Origin: Histomonas meleagridis 2922-C6/04-290x
Taxonomy: Eukaryota > Protista > Parabasalia
Assembly (NCBI GenBank): GCA_020184695.1
Contig: JAANOX010000216.1
Span: forward strand, 12,034-76,033
Direction: 5' to 3'
Length of the DNA: 64,000 bases
Shown here piece by piece: positions 11,370 to 22,600 of the stretch (positions are counted from its first letter, which is position 1; the number at the start of each line of letters is the position of its first letter). The translations under genes and the position numbers were made by a program. The notes beneath the pieces were generated by a model. It was not told the DNA's origin. It did not search any database and was given only the letters and a program-made list of their open reading frames with translations.

Positions 11370-12138
11370 ATAAATAATAAATTGTTTCGCTAAATAAATT
11401 TCTTTTATTCTTAATTTCATATAAAAATACTTTAAATTAATTGTAAAAATGTTTTGTTCAGTATTTCTTAATTAATTAAAAAGTATATTTAAATTAAAAA
11501 TTTTATAATAAATTAATTTTTTATAATATTCTATTAATTATATCCCAGTCGGCTTTCTTGTGAGAAAATTAACTTTCATTAAGTATTTGCGATTGGTATT
11601 GGATTCAATTCTTTTTTGTTCAATTTGTAAGTGAACTATTTTTATTTACTTTAAAATAGAGAGTTCTTCACTCAAAACTACTTTCATTTTTTCAACCAAC
11701 ATGTAATGGTGTTAAATGTTCGATATCAACTTTTACTTTTTATCCACATTAAATTCCTCAATAAAATATTTCACTTATGAAATAAAACTTTCAACATGTA
11801 CATGTGTAATCGCTGCTTCATGGAAAAAAAATCAATTTCTTTATTAGATATTTTTATTATATATTTTATGATTAGAATTCATAACATTTTTCACACTTAT
11901 GACTCATTAAATGGATGTAAAAGAAACCCTCAATGTATAACAACATAGACAATAATCAAAATCAATACTTTCCGGTTTACAACAATTAGTTAAAATCCAC
12001 TCACATATTTAATATCAATGAAATTTTATAGCAATATGTAGAAATTTTTCACATTTTTTTCCCCTGCGTTTATAAAATATGAATATTTTATTAATTTGGT
12101 GATCACCAAAAAAATGTTTATTAAGGAGTTATCCTTTA

Positions 12139-13700
12139 TCACTTAAAATTTAAACCAAAGGGACTCGGGAAACGCATCTGATTAAATCCATTGTTGTTTG
12201 GTCCTTTTTCATTAAGTAATTGTTTTATTTCTCTGAGACCTAACTGTTGAGCAATTTCAATATGAAGTGCTGTTTCAAGTGATTAAAACATATTCTAAAT
12301 TATTAAAACATATTATAAATTATTCAAATGAATATCTTTTGCATTCACATCAATTCCTTCTTTATCTAAAAGTAATTTTACTATTTCTATATTATTATTT
12401 CTAACTGCTATATGAAGTGCTGTTTCAAATTATTAAAACATATTCCAAATTATTAAAACATATATCAAATTATTCAAATGAATATTTTTTGCATTAACAT
12501 CAATTCCTTCATTATCTAAAAGTAATTTTACTATTTCTATATTTCTTGATTTAACTGAATATGGTAAAATTGTATTTGGAATTTGTTGACTTTGTATATC
12601 ACTTTCTATTATGAATGTATTTCCTTTTGATGCTATTTCTTCAATAATTTCATTATTCATTTTCATTCCTTCTTTTACTAAAAACATTAAGATTTCATAA
12701 TTATTAAATTCCATACATTTTTTTCCAAGATATATTAAATTTTCTTCACTTAAATTACAATTATCTTGACTTTCGATATTGGAATTCGATTTTTTAAAAG
12801 AAAATGATGAAGATGACTTTTGTTTATCATTGGAAATTTTTCCAATTTTATTTTCATAAAGATACGAAAAATTTCATTTTGATGAAATTCTATCGCTGTT
12901 TCATATGCGTTTTCAAATGATGAATTGTTTTGTTCGCATAAATGAATAATTTCTAAGTTTCCACCTGCAATTGCATATTTAGGTGTATTTTTGATATTCG
13001 AATTATTTAACAACAAATATTTAAAACATTTAATCGAACCAAAAAATGCGCAATAATCAATTAATGAAACATTTTCAGTATTAACAAATGAGCATCTTTC
13101 ATAAAGTGATGGTTCAATTCTTTGATTAAAATTAAAACCATTTTGTGATGATATTTCTTGAAGTTTTTCTAAATCATCATTTCGAAGCACTTTCGCAATT
13201 TCTGATGGATTAACTCCTTCTTTTACATATTGAATATGAAGCTTCAAAGCATCTTTTGATAATTTATGAGGTTCTGCCCATTTGTTCATTAATTCATTCA
13301 TTTTTTCTTTTGTTTTAAATTGAGAAAAATATAATTTGCTCATGCTGTTTACGGTAGATGGTTCAGGTATTTCTTCTTCGATCATCTTTTCAAGAAGGAA
13401 ATATGATTCTTGATTTTCTATTCCAAGCAAATATTCACAAAATATTTGCACAAGATTAGCTTCAGTTAAACTTTTGTTTTTTGCTTTTTCTTCTTCTTTT
13501 GCTTTTAATGTAAATAAATATTTAACATATATATTTTCATTATTATGTTGAGAAACAAAAGCTGAGTATATAAATCTGGAAATAAGATAGTTAAATGTAT
13601 AAGGTAGATTATCAACAAATAAATTAATTGTTGCTTGAACAGATGTTTCAAAATTTTTTTCGTTGAGATTGAAGACAATGGATTCTAATGATTTCGATCA
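12139..13700 (-). pseudogene. DUF3447-type ankyrin gene with two 60-nt spacers (locus A3); several 1-nt frameshifts (pseudogene or sequence errors)
   Basis: The head frame is open from about 13690 through ORF 12750..13451, with frameshifts near 13697, 12868 and 12720, and continues in ORF 12433..12714. Modules are TALHIAVRNNNIEIVKLLLDKEGIDVNAKD and terminal TALHIEIAQQLGLREIKQLLNEKGP...FK* (12139..12273). Each spacer is three 20-nt units. Confidence 0.7.
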
Positions 13701-14840
13701 TTAACAAAATAATGGTCGAAAAGTTTTTGTAAGACGATAAAAATATCAAATACTTTACAGCATGCTGAACAACGTTAAAATATTTTGTTTAATGGCCACT
13801 TTTTGAATGCGTATCTATCGGTGAAATGGGGTGCCTTTTTCGCTTTTCAAATGTTCCAATAAGATAAAATTTGTCGTAAACAAGAGCATCCAACCAATAT
13901 TAAGTTGATGACATGCTTAAACAGATCACAAAATGCTTAGGGCTGGATGAATCAAAATACAGATCTTCTTGAAAAATCAATACAAGAAATAAAAGAAAGT
14001 TTTGAAAAAGAATACCAAAGGATAAATGACTCAAGGAAAAATTCAAGATCGTGTTTTTCATCAATTTGGTGATCTATTGAAACAATTTGGAAAAGAAATT
14101 GAATAAATATTATTAATTCCACCCGAAAGACAGCAACTGCATGCTTCCCTTTCATCAAAAATTCAAAGGCCTACAAAAATCAATATTTCTAAAACCACAA
14201 CACCATCTTCAGATTTTAAGAAGATTTCTCTAAAATCATTTCACAAATACAAGCAGGTGGCATAAACACAAATGGAATGACAATGATTGCAGAGAGAGCA
14301 ATGTTTTATAAAATCATGATCAAGTTTTCTTTAAGCGTTGAAACAAGAATTAAAAATAAATTAAGCGGAACAATAGGCACAATAGCAAAAGGAGAAGTTG
14401 TAACACATTTGCATAAGAAACTTGTTTAGATCAGTAATCGATAAAATACGAAATTAATCTAAGGTAAAAATCAGGATCGTTTTTGTGTTATCGGGTATGT
14501 TGATTTATGATTTGTTCATTGTTTTTTCTCCTATTGAAAACACTAAATAAATAAGTTCGTTTGTTTCTTTGAAGTATTATTTGTAATCTTCTTGCTGTAA
14601 ACATCAGAAAAAGTTTGAAGCTTTTCATACAAATCACAAATTAACGTACATTAACGATAACAACCGTATAAAACGATTAAAAAAATTTGAAAAAAAGAAG
14701 ATAATTATCCTCAAATTTACTAAAAACTTGCTAAAGAATACAGAAAAAAGACAAGCTCTTGAATGAAAAGGAGTTATACATTTTATAAATTTTGTCAATA
14801 ATTTCAAAATCATTTAAAAGAAAACAACAATTTTTAATAG

Positions 14841-15404
14841 TTAATGAATAAGTGTTATCCAAGAAATGACTGTGTACAATAGGCCACATGGAAACAACCC
14901 AAGTAATTTTCGATCTTCTGAAATATGTGAAGCAATGAATCTTGAAACAGAATGAATTGACCATACTAAGGTCAATGGAACCGTAATAACTTTTATAATG
15001 GTCCATGACAAAATTGCAGTGATCAATGAACCGCATGCAATTGGGAATAAGCAATAACCTATTGCACATATTGCTTGGAAAAATGAAACTGTGCTCCCAA
15101 GAAGCATGAAATTTATTGAAACAATTGCACCACCAATTGTAAGAATAATGAAAACACCAGTAAATAATAAAGTAGTTTGTCCTACCGGTGCTGTTATGGC
15201 GAGAACTGTTGACAGTATCAAGCAAATAAATAATGGACCCCAAAGATCCCAATTTCTTAAAGCGTTTTCAGATGATGCCTTTGGATTCAAAACAACCAAT
15301 GTTTTACTCTTGATTCCGTTAAGATCTTTCATTAAAGTTTCCCAAACAGTTTCTGTTAAGAGTTCTGAGTCAACATTTTGGTAAACAAGTGGTTCTTGTT
15401 CCAT
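14841..15404 (-). CDS. YIPF6: Yip1-domain membrane protein (YIPF6-like)
   Basis: LRNWDLWGPLFICLILS, SFFQAICAIGYCLFP, LGLFPCGLLY; multiple transmembrane segments. Confidence 0.85.
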   Translation of the reverse strand: MEQEPLVYQNVDSELLTETVWETLMKDLNGIKSKTLVVLNPKASSENALRNWDLWGPLFICLILSTVLAITAPVGQTTLLFTGVFIILTIGGAIVSINFMLLGSTVSFFQAICAIGYCLFPIACGSLITAILSWTIIKVITVPLTLVWSIHSVSRFIASHISEDRKLLGLFPCGLLYTVISWITLIH

Positions 15405-15528
15405 TTTTCAATTTTATTTGGCTAAAATAAACCGTTTATGTTCAACACTTTTATTTACATTTTTTTCTGTGATTTACAACTTATCGTTACCAAGCAATTT
15501 GTCACTTTTTGAAATACGTTAGTTCAGC

Positions 15529-18500
15529 ATGTCGGGATATACTGGACTACGTCTTGAACCAGTAACAGCGCTTGGTATAAATATCCTTGATAACAAAACA
15601 ATACACTGGAATGGGTCAAGACAATTTTTTTATCCTGTCGGTATTCACATTCAACAATATCAATTAGAAACTAATCAAACACAATTTTTATTTTCAGAAC
15701 GATTCGAGCAAAACAGTGCCGAAACAATCAAAATTTGTGATGTATGTATTTTTGGAAATGGTCAATTCATAGCAATATCAGAAGTATTTCGTCCAAAGCA
15801 TGGAATTCTTTCAATATATGACACTGAAACTCAAATGCTACACACTCGTTTGAGGCATGACAAAGTGAATGAATTCGTTTCTCTTACATTCTCATATGAA
15901 GATGGAATGATTGCAGCTATCGGAAAAGGAGAAGAAGAAAATAAAGTTTTTGTTTGGAAGATGGGACGTCAGGTTGGTCTTGCAGCTACATTTCAAGTTT
16001 CTAAGGATATTACATCGATTTGTTTTGATCCTCAAAATTCTTTTCGTCTTCTTCTTTTTAGCAAAGAACAAATATTAATTGTTCTCATTGACACACCAGA
16101 TCGTACACAGACTGTTATTGACACCAATGATATAAGAAATTATAATTGTTATTCATTTGTTCCTTCAATTCGTAACCTTTTACTTGTTTCATCTAATAAC
16201 ACGCTCATAACAATTTTAGGTGAAACTGTTGTTGACATGCAAGAACTCATTTCAACAAATATTGATCAAATCGAATCAGTGAGAAATTTTGTTTTTCTTA
16301 TCTCAAAAAACGTAATTCACTGTTTTAAAGCATCCCAAAGTTATCCTTACTTAGAGTTTATCGGTCCTTTAAATCTTCAAGCAGATATAATAAATGAATT
16401 TTCCCCATCACCAGATGGAGATTTGGCAATTGTTTTATACAATAACTCATTTACGTATTTACTTGATTTTAACATTGCCCAAAAGTACATTCGACAAAGA
16501 AATGAAATGAAGAATAAAAATGGAGTATCATTAGATAGCGGCCGTATTTATTCTTTTGATGACTTTTTGGAAATTAAAACTAAGAATGATAATCAATTTC
16601 TTGACATATATGAAATCGAACAATACATTGGTTTATTAACTCCATTACCAATGTGTTTTCAAATGGGCCCGATTACAGCAATTGCAAAATGTCCAAGAAA
16701 GCCATTAATAGCAACATGTGGGAAAGATTTAACATTAATGATTTGGAATTTAGCTAAAAAAACCGTTCTTTCGACCGTTAGGCTCTCGGAGACCGTTAAC
16801 AGTTGTAGCTTTCATCCATCAGGAGATTTATTAGCTGTAGGGAAATCGAACAGTTTATCATTATATTCATTATCATTTAATTCTCTTATACTTAATCATA
16901 AATGGGAACCATTATCATGTACATGTGTCAGTTTTTCAAATGGAGGTCATCTTTTAGCAGTTGGTTCTGTAATGATAAAAGTAATTTCCACTTATACAAA
17001 TAAAACGGTAGCATCATTACGAGGCCATAATTTATCCATCAAATCTATTGCATGGGCTAATAATGATTCATTTTTTATCTCTGCAGGATTAGATGGTAAT
17101 ATATTTAAATGGTCTGCGAAATCATGGGAACGTACATGTGAAATAACGCAGCCATATCAATTTATAAATGCTATTTTAACGACACCAAACATACATGAAG
17201 AAGAAACGACTTCGAATAATTATAATATTTTAGCATTAACTTCAAACAGTTTAATTTATGATAAAGAAAACTCAAACGGTCGCAGCCCTAACAAAAAGTG
17301 CAAATTAACCGCCATGTGTTTACCTGTCAATTTTTCTATCGTTACTGGTGATCAAAGAGGTAATGTTCAAGTAATCCCTTATCCATTATTACCATTTGAA
17401 AAAGATAATCCATTTCATATTGGTATTGAAGTCTCAGTTCATACATTACCTGTCAATTATATAATGCATAATAATGGACAAACATTATATTCAACATCAG
17501 AAGATTCATCAATTTTTATATTTAATATAATTCAACCACATCAAATGGTATTAACAGCACCAGTATCAATAGCATTATCACGAGAAGAACAAAGTTTTTT
17601 AGTGGATAAAGAAATATTCACCGAAAAACAAGAAACGATTTTACATTTACGTGAAATGTTAAATTTACATCGATCACAATTTAAGACATCGAATAATAAA
17701 TTAAATGAAGAACAAAATAAAGAAATCGAGAAATATAAAAATAAATGGAAAATGACTTTGTCATCATTAAAGAAACAATTGACAGCACTTTCCAATGAGA
17801 AAGAAGAACAAGAAAGAAAAGCAACGCAAATAATAATCGAAAGTGAAAATGAACATAATGAAAAGATGAAAAAAGTTAAAGAATTATATGAAAAAAAATT
17901 GGCAGAACAAACTCAAGCTTCTGCTGAACTAATGAAAGAGAAAATTAGTATTCAAGCTGATTACGAAGATAAAATACATAAAATGACTGAAGAGTTTAAA
18001 GCGAAATTAGTCGAACGGAAAGAATCAGCTAAAAGACAATTAGAAATTCAGGCTTCTGATAATGTAGAAGCTGAAAAGGAATTTAAGCAAGTAGAAAGAT
18101 TACAAGTCGAAGAAAAAATTACATTGCAACATGAACATGAATTAGAAATGGAAAATTTTAAACAAAAATTCGAACAAGAAATTAATAATTTAAATAACGA
18201 AATTGATATCGTACGAACAGACTTAGTCAATCACCAAGATGCTTATGATGGTAACATAGAACAAATTTCGTCAATGAAATCAAATATTGTTAGTATAACT
18301 AATGAAAATAAGTTACTTGAACAAAAGAAAAGAGTTTTGACTGAAAAAACAAATCAAATACAAAACGATCTTTTAGGTCGAAATGAACGAGTGACACATC
18401 AAACAACAAATTTGCTTGAGCTTAAATCTAAAAATGATGAGTTACAAAAATGGCGTGCAGTTATGGACTTCAGATTATCGGAGCTTAAAACTCAAGTTGA

Positions 18501-19212
18501 ACCAAATTCACAAAATATCGAAAATCTTAGGAAACAAATTTCGGATAATGAAATTCTATTGCGGCAAATGAAACAAATCAATACTAAAGACTCACAACAA
18601 CTCGAGAAAATGGAGAACAAAATCAACGATTTATATAACAACATCATAAAAACCGAAAATCAAATTCAAAAATTTGAATCGACGATAAATATTTTCAAAA
18701 ACAAAATTCGTTCTTTATATACTGAAGTTAAACCCGAGAATTGGGTAACAGAAATTGAACAATTTTATAAGAACTTCATTTCTAACATCGAAGTCGAAAT
18801 TAATGATAATGAGATTGAAATCGATGATGATAATAATATGTTAAAAGAAACTATTGACGAGTTTGATCGACATAAAGATACTCTCTCCAATAAAATCATC
18901 AAGTTAAGGGTTAAAGTTGAGGATAACGTCGAAAATTCGGGATTATCATTCTTGAAGCAAATCGACAAAAATGAAGAATTGATAAACGAATTGGCGAAGT
19001 TAAGAAAAGAAAACAGAAATCTGAAGTCGAACTTGCACTTGGCGCAGACAGAAATTAATACATTGCTGAGACAATGTTCACATGAATCGAAATCGTTGGA
19101 AACTAAGGTGAAGACTTTGTTTAAGTCCTCGAATATAATTCAGCCCGTACCACAAATTCAAAAGAGAACAACAAAAACGGGCGTACCTGTTACTGTGGAA
19201 CATTTTACATAG
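15529..19212 (+). CDS. CFAP57: WD40-repeat plus coiled-coil flagellar protein, CFAP57/WDR65-like
   Basis: GPITAIAKCPRKPLIATCGKDLTLMIWN, FHPSGDLLAVG, FSNGGHLLAVG and LRGHNLSIKSIAW WD repeats, followed by a long coiled coil. Confidence 0.8.
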   Translation: MSGYTGLRLEPVTALGINILDNKTIHWNGSRQFFYPVGIHIQQYQLETNQTQFLFSERFEQNSAETIKICDVCIFGNGQFIAISEVFRPKHGILSIYDTETQMLHTRLRHDKVNEFVSLTFSYEDGMIAAIGKGEEENKVFVWKMGRQVGLAATFQVSKDITSICFDPQNSFRLLLFSKEQILIVLIDTPDRTQTVIDTNDIRNYNCYSFVPSIRNLLLVSSNNTLITILGETVVDMQELISTNIDQIESVRNFVFLISKNVIHCFKASQSYPYLEFIGPLNLQADIINEFSPSPDGDLAIVLYNNSFTYLLDFNIAQKYIRQRNEMKNKNGVSLDSGRIYSFDDFLEIKTKNDNQFLDIYEIEQYIGLLTPLPMCFQMGPITAIAKCPRKPLIATCGKDLTLMIWNLAKKTVLSTVRLSETVNSCSFHPSGDLLAVGKSNSLSLYSLSFNSLILNHKWEPLSCTCVSFSNGGHLLAVGSVMIKVISTYTNKTVASLRGHNLSIKSIAWANNDSFFISAGLDGNIFKWSAKSWERTCEITQPYQFINAILTTPNIHEEETTSNNYNILALTSNSLIYDKENSNGRSPNKKCKLTAMCLPVNFSIVTGDQRGNVQVIPYPLLPFEKDNPFHIGIEVSVHTLPVNYIMHNNGQTLYSTSEDSSIFIFNIIQPHQMVLTAPVSIALSREEQSFLVDKEIFTEKQETILHLREMLNLHRSQFKTSNNKLNEEQNKEIEKYKNKWKMTLSSLKKQLTALSNEKEEQERKATQIIIESENEHNEKMKKVKELYEKKLAEQTQASAELMKEKISIQADYEDKIHKMTEEFKAKLVERKESAKRQLEIQASDNVEAEKEFKQVERLQVEEKITLQHEHELEMENFKQKFEQEINNLNNEIDIVRTDLVNHQDAYDGNIEQISSMKSNIVSITNENKLLEQKKRVLTEKTNQIQNDLLGRNERVTHQTTNLLELKSKNDELQKWRAVMDFRLSELKTQVEPNSQNIENLRKQISDNEILLRQMKQINTKDSQQLEKMENKINDLYNNIIKTENQIQKFESTINIFKNKIRSLYTEVKPENWVTEIEQFYKNFISNIEVEINDNEIEIDDDNNMLKETIDEFDRHKDTLSNKIIKLRVKVEDNVENSGLSFLKQIDKNEELINELAKLRKENRNLKSNLHLAQTEINTLLRQCSHESKSLETKVKTLFKSSNIIQPVPQIQKRTTKTGVPVTVEHFT

Positions 19213-19659
19213 ATTTGTTTGTATAAAATTTTGTATATTATTTTTTTAATGATAAAATCAAATTGCGAACATAAGAATTCCATTTAATTTTGTGCTATTT
19301 GGAATCTCATGTTATGTATGATTTAAATCAAAACAAAAGTTTTTTTGACGATATGATTAAATGAATGAAAAAACATCGTATTTCCATTCAAAAACTATAA
19401 CGGTCGACAAGAATAAAAGCAACCGTTTAATTTCTTATGAATCGTCTCAAAATATATTCGTAAATATTTCATATATCTCTGTGTGAATCTGACTTTGCTT
19501 TGCTTACGCTTTGAAAAAAATAAAATTGAAAACCATCAAAAAAAAAGTCAATTTTTTTTAACTAAAAATCTTATTAAATATATAAAGAAAATATTAGAGA
19601 AAAGAAAAAGATGTTATTAATTTCATAACATTTTTATATAATTATCAATAATTTTTTTA

Positions 19660-22600
19660 TTAATAACAAATACATTTCGCAGGAGATTTCTTACTAATTA
19701 AATCCGCGATGTTGGTATATGAATTTTTTATTGCAAGGGAAAGAGCTGTGTCAAACTATTAAAATGAATTCCAAATATCATTTTAAATCATCACGTTACT
19801 AAAATTAACATTATCTACAACATTAATATCAATATTTTCTTCATCAAGAAGAATTTCTACGATTTGGAAAAATCCATTTTCAGATGCCTTCATAAGTGCT
19901 GTTTGAAATATTTTAAGTCAATTCCAAATAAAATTTTGATATCCGAAATAAATAAAAAAAATATCAAAACAAGTAAACAAATATCTTGAGCATTAATATC
20001 AATTCCTATTTGATACAGAAGTATTTTAACAACGCCTTTGTTTCCTTTTTCAGATGCTTTTATAAGTGCTGTTTGAAATATTTTACGTCAATTCCAAATA
20101 ATATTTTGATATCCAAAATAATTAAAAAGAATATCAAAACAAGTAAACAAATATCTTTAGCATTAATATCAATTCCTTTTTCAAGAAGTAACCGAACAAC
20201 GCCCATATTTCCTTTACTAGATGCACAAATTAGTGCTGTTTTATAAATTTTTATCAAATTCCAAATAATATATTCGAATATAAAATATTTCAAGTTTACA
20301 ATAATTAAGACAAATTGATATCCCTTACATTTATATCAATATTTTTGTGTTTAAGAAGGAAACCAACAATTTCATATTGGCATGCTTCAGCTGCAAATAT
20401 AATTGCAGTTTCATATCATTTTAATATATTCCATGCAATAATAAGTAATTCCAAATAATTTATATACACTAAAAATAAGCAAATAATACACTTTTCGCAT
20501 TTATATCAATACTTTCTTGTGCAAGTAGTAATTTAACTACATCAATATTACCCATTAAAGATGCTTTCATTAATGATGTATAAAATATTTCAAATAAATA
20601 CAAAATTTAATGACAAAATCAGAAATTATTTAAATAAACATTATAATCAGTAAAGCAAAAATCTTTAGCATTAATATCAATTCCTTCTTGTTCAAGAAGT
20701 AATTTAACTATTTCTATATGACCATTTTTAGATGCTATGATAAGTGCCGAATCAAATAATTGAAACAATTACCAAATATTATATAAAAATACCAAATTAT
20801 TTAAGCAAAAACCAAATAAACTAATTAAATATTTTTAGCATTAATATCAATTCCCTCTTGTTCAAGAAGGAATTTAACTGTTTCTGTTTTGCCATTTTGC
20901 GATGCAATAATAAGTGCAGAGTCAAATAATTAAAACAATTACCAAATATTATATCAAAATACCAAATTATTAAAATAAATATTAAATAAACAAATCAAAT
21001 ATTTTTAGCATTGATATCAATTCCTTCTTGTTCAAGAAGTAATTTAACTATTTCTATATAACCATTTTTAGATGCTAAAATAAGTGCTGAATCAAATAAT
21101 GTAATTAATTACCAAATATTAGTTTAAAGCAGAAAATTATTTAAACAAAAATCAAATAAACAAATCAAATATTTTTAGAACTAATATCAATTCCCTCTTG
21201 TTCAAGAAGAAACTTAACTGTTTCTAATTTACCATTTTTAGATGCGGAAATAAGTGCTGAATCAAATAAAATAAACAATTGCCAAATATAATTTTGAAAC
21301 AGAAAATTATTTGAATAAATTTTATTTTTATCATTAATATCAATTCCTTCTTGTTCAAGAAGTAATTTAACTATTTCTATATGACCATTTTTAGATGCCA
21401 CAATAAGTGCTGAATCAAATAATATAAATAATTACCAAATATTATATAAAAATACCAAATTATTTAAACAGAAATCAAATCAAACAAACAAATACCTTTA
21501 GCATTGATATCAATTCCTTCTTGTCCAAGAAGAAACTTAACTGTTTCTGTTTTACCATTTTTAGATGCGGAAATAAGTGCTGAATCAAATAATTTAAACA
21601 ATTACCAAATATAATTTTGAAACAGAAAATTATTTGAATAAATTTTATTTTTATCATTAATATCAATTCCTTCTTGTTCAATAAGAAACTTAACTGTTTC
21701 TGTTTTACCATTTTTAGATGCTACAATAAGTGCTGAATCAAATAATATAAATTATTACCAAATATTATATAAAAATATCAAATTATTTAAACAGAAATTA
21801 AATAAACAAATTAAATATTTTTAGCGTTAATATCAATTCCTTTACTAAGAAGAAATTTAAACATTTCAATATGGTCATATTTTGACGCCAAAATAAGAAC
21901 TGTATTAAATAACTTCAATAATTTCCATATGAAATATTGAATTATCAATATATTAGAAGAAAAATCAAATAGTATATATAAATATCTTTGGTATTAATAT
22001 TAATCAATCCTTGAGTTAAAAGATTTTGAATTGTTTTAACATTTCCCTTTTCTAATGCTTTATTAACTTTCTTGAGAAATATTTTGATGAGATTTTATAT
22101 TTTATTATTAAACCCAAAATTAACAAAATAAATATTTTTCATACTATTTACGTCAATTCCATTTTGTTCAAGAAATAGTTGAAATATTTCTCTTCGATTT
22201 TTTTTTGCTGCCCAAATAAGTGCTGTTCTAAATATTTAAAACAATTTTCATATGTTATTTTGAGACTTTAATTTGTTAAAATAAAATTTAAATAGAGCAA
22301 ATAAATATCTTTAGCATTAATATCAATTCCTTCTTGTTCAAGAAGTAATTTAACTATTTCTATATGACCATTTTCAGATGCTAATATAAGTGCTGTATCA
22401 AATAATTTAAATAATTTCCAAATCTTATTTTGAAATATAAAACCATTAAAATAAATTTTAAATAAAACAGATAAATATCTTTAGCATTAATATCAATTCC
22501 TTCTTGTTCAAGAAGTAGTTTAACTATTTCTATTTGACCATTTTCAGATGCTAATATAAATGCTGTTTTAAATAATATAAATAATTTTCAAATATTATTT

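Noticed and set aside
11600-11850. Possible further ankyrin relic (ACA CCA TTA CAT on the minus strand, about 11701-11712)
   Set aside because: Too degenerate (multiple stops, no clear module or spacer structure) to support.
13940-14430. Decayed coding-like stretch on the plus strand
   Set aside because: Multiple stops and frameshifts and no recognisable family.
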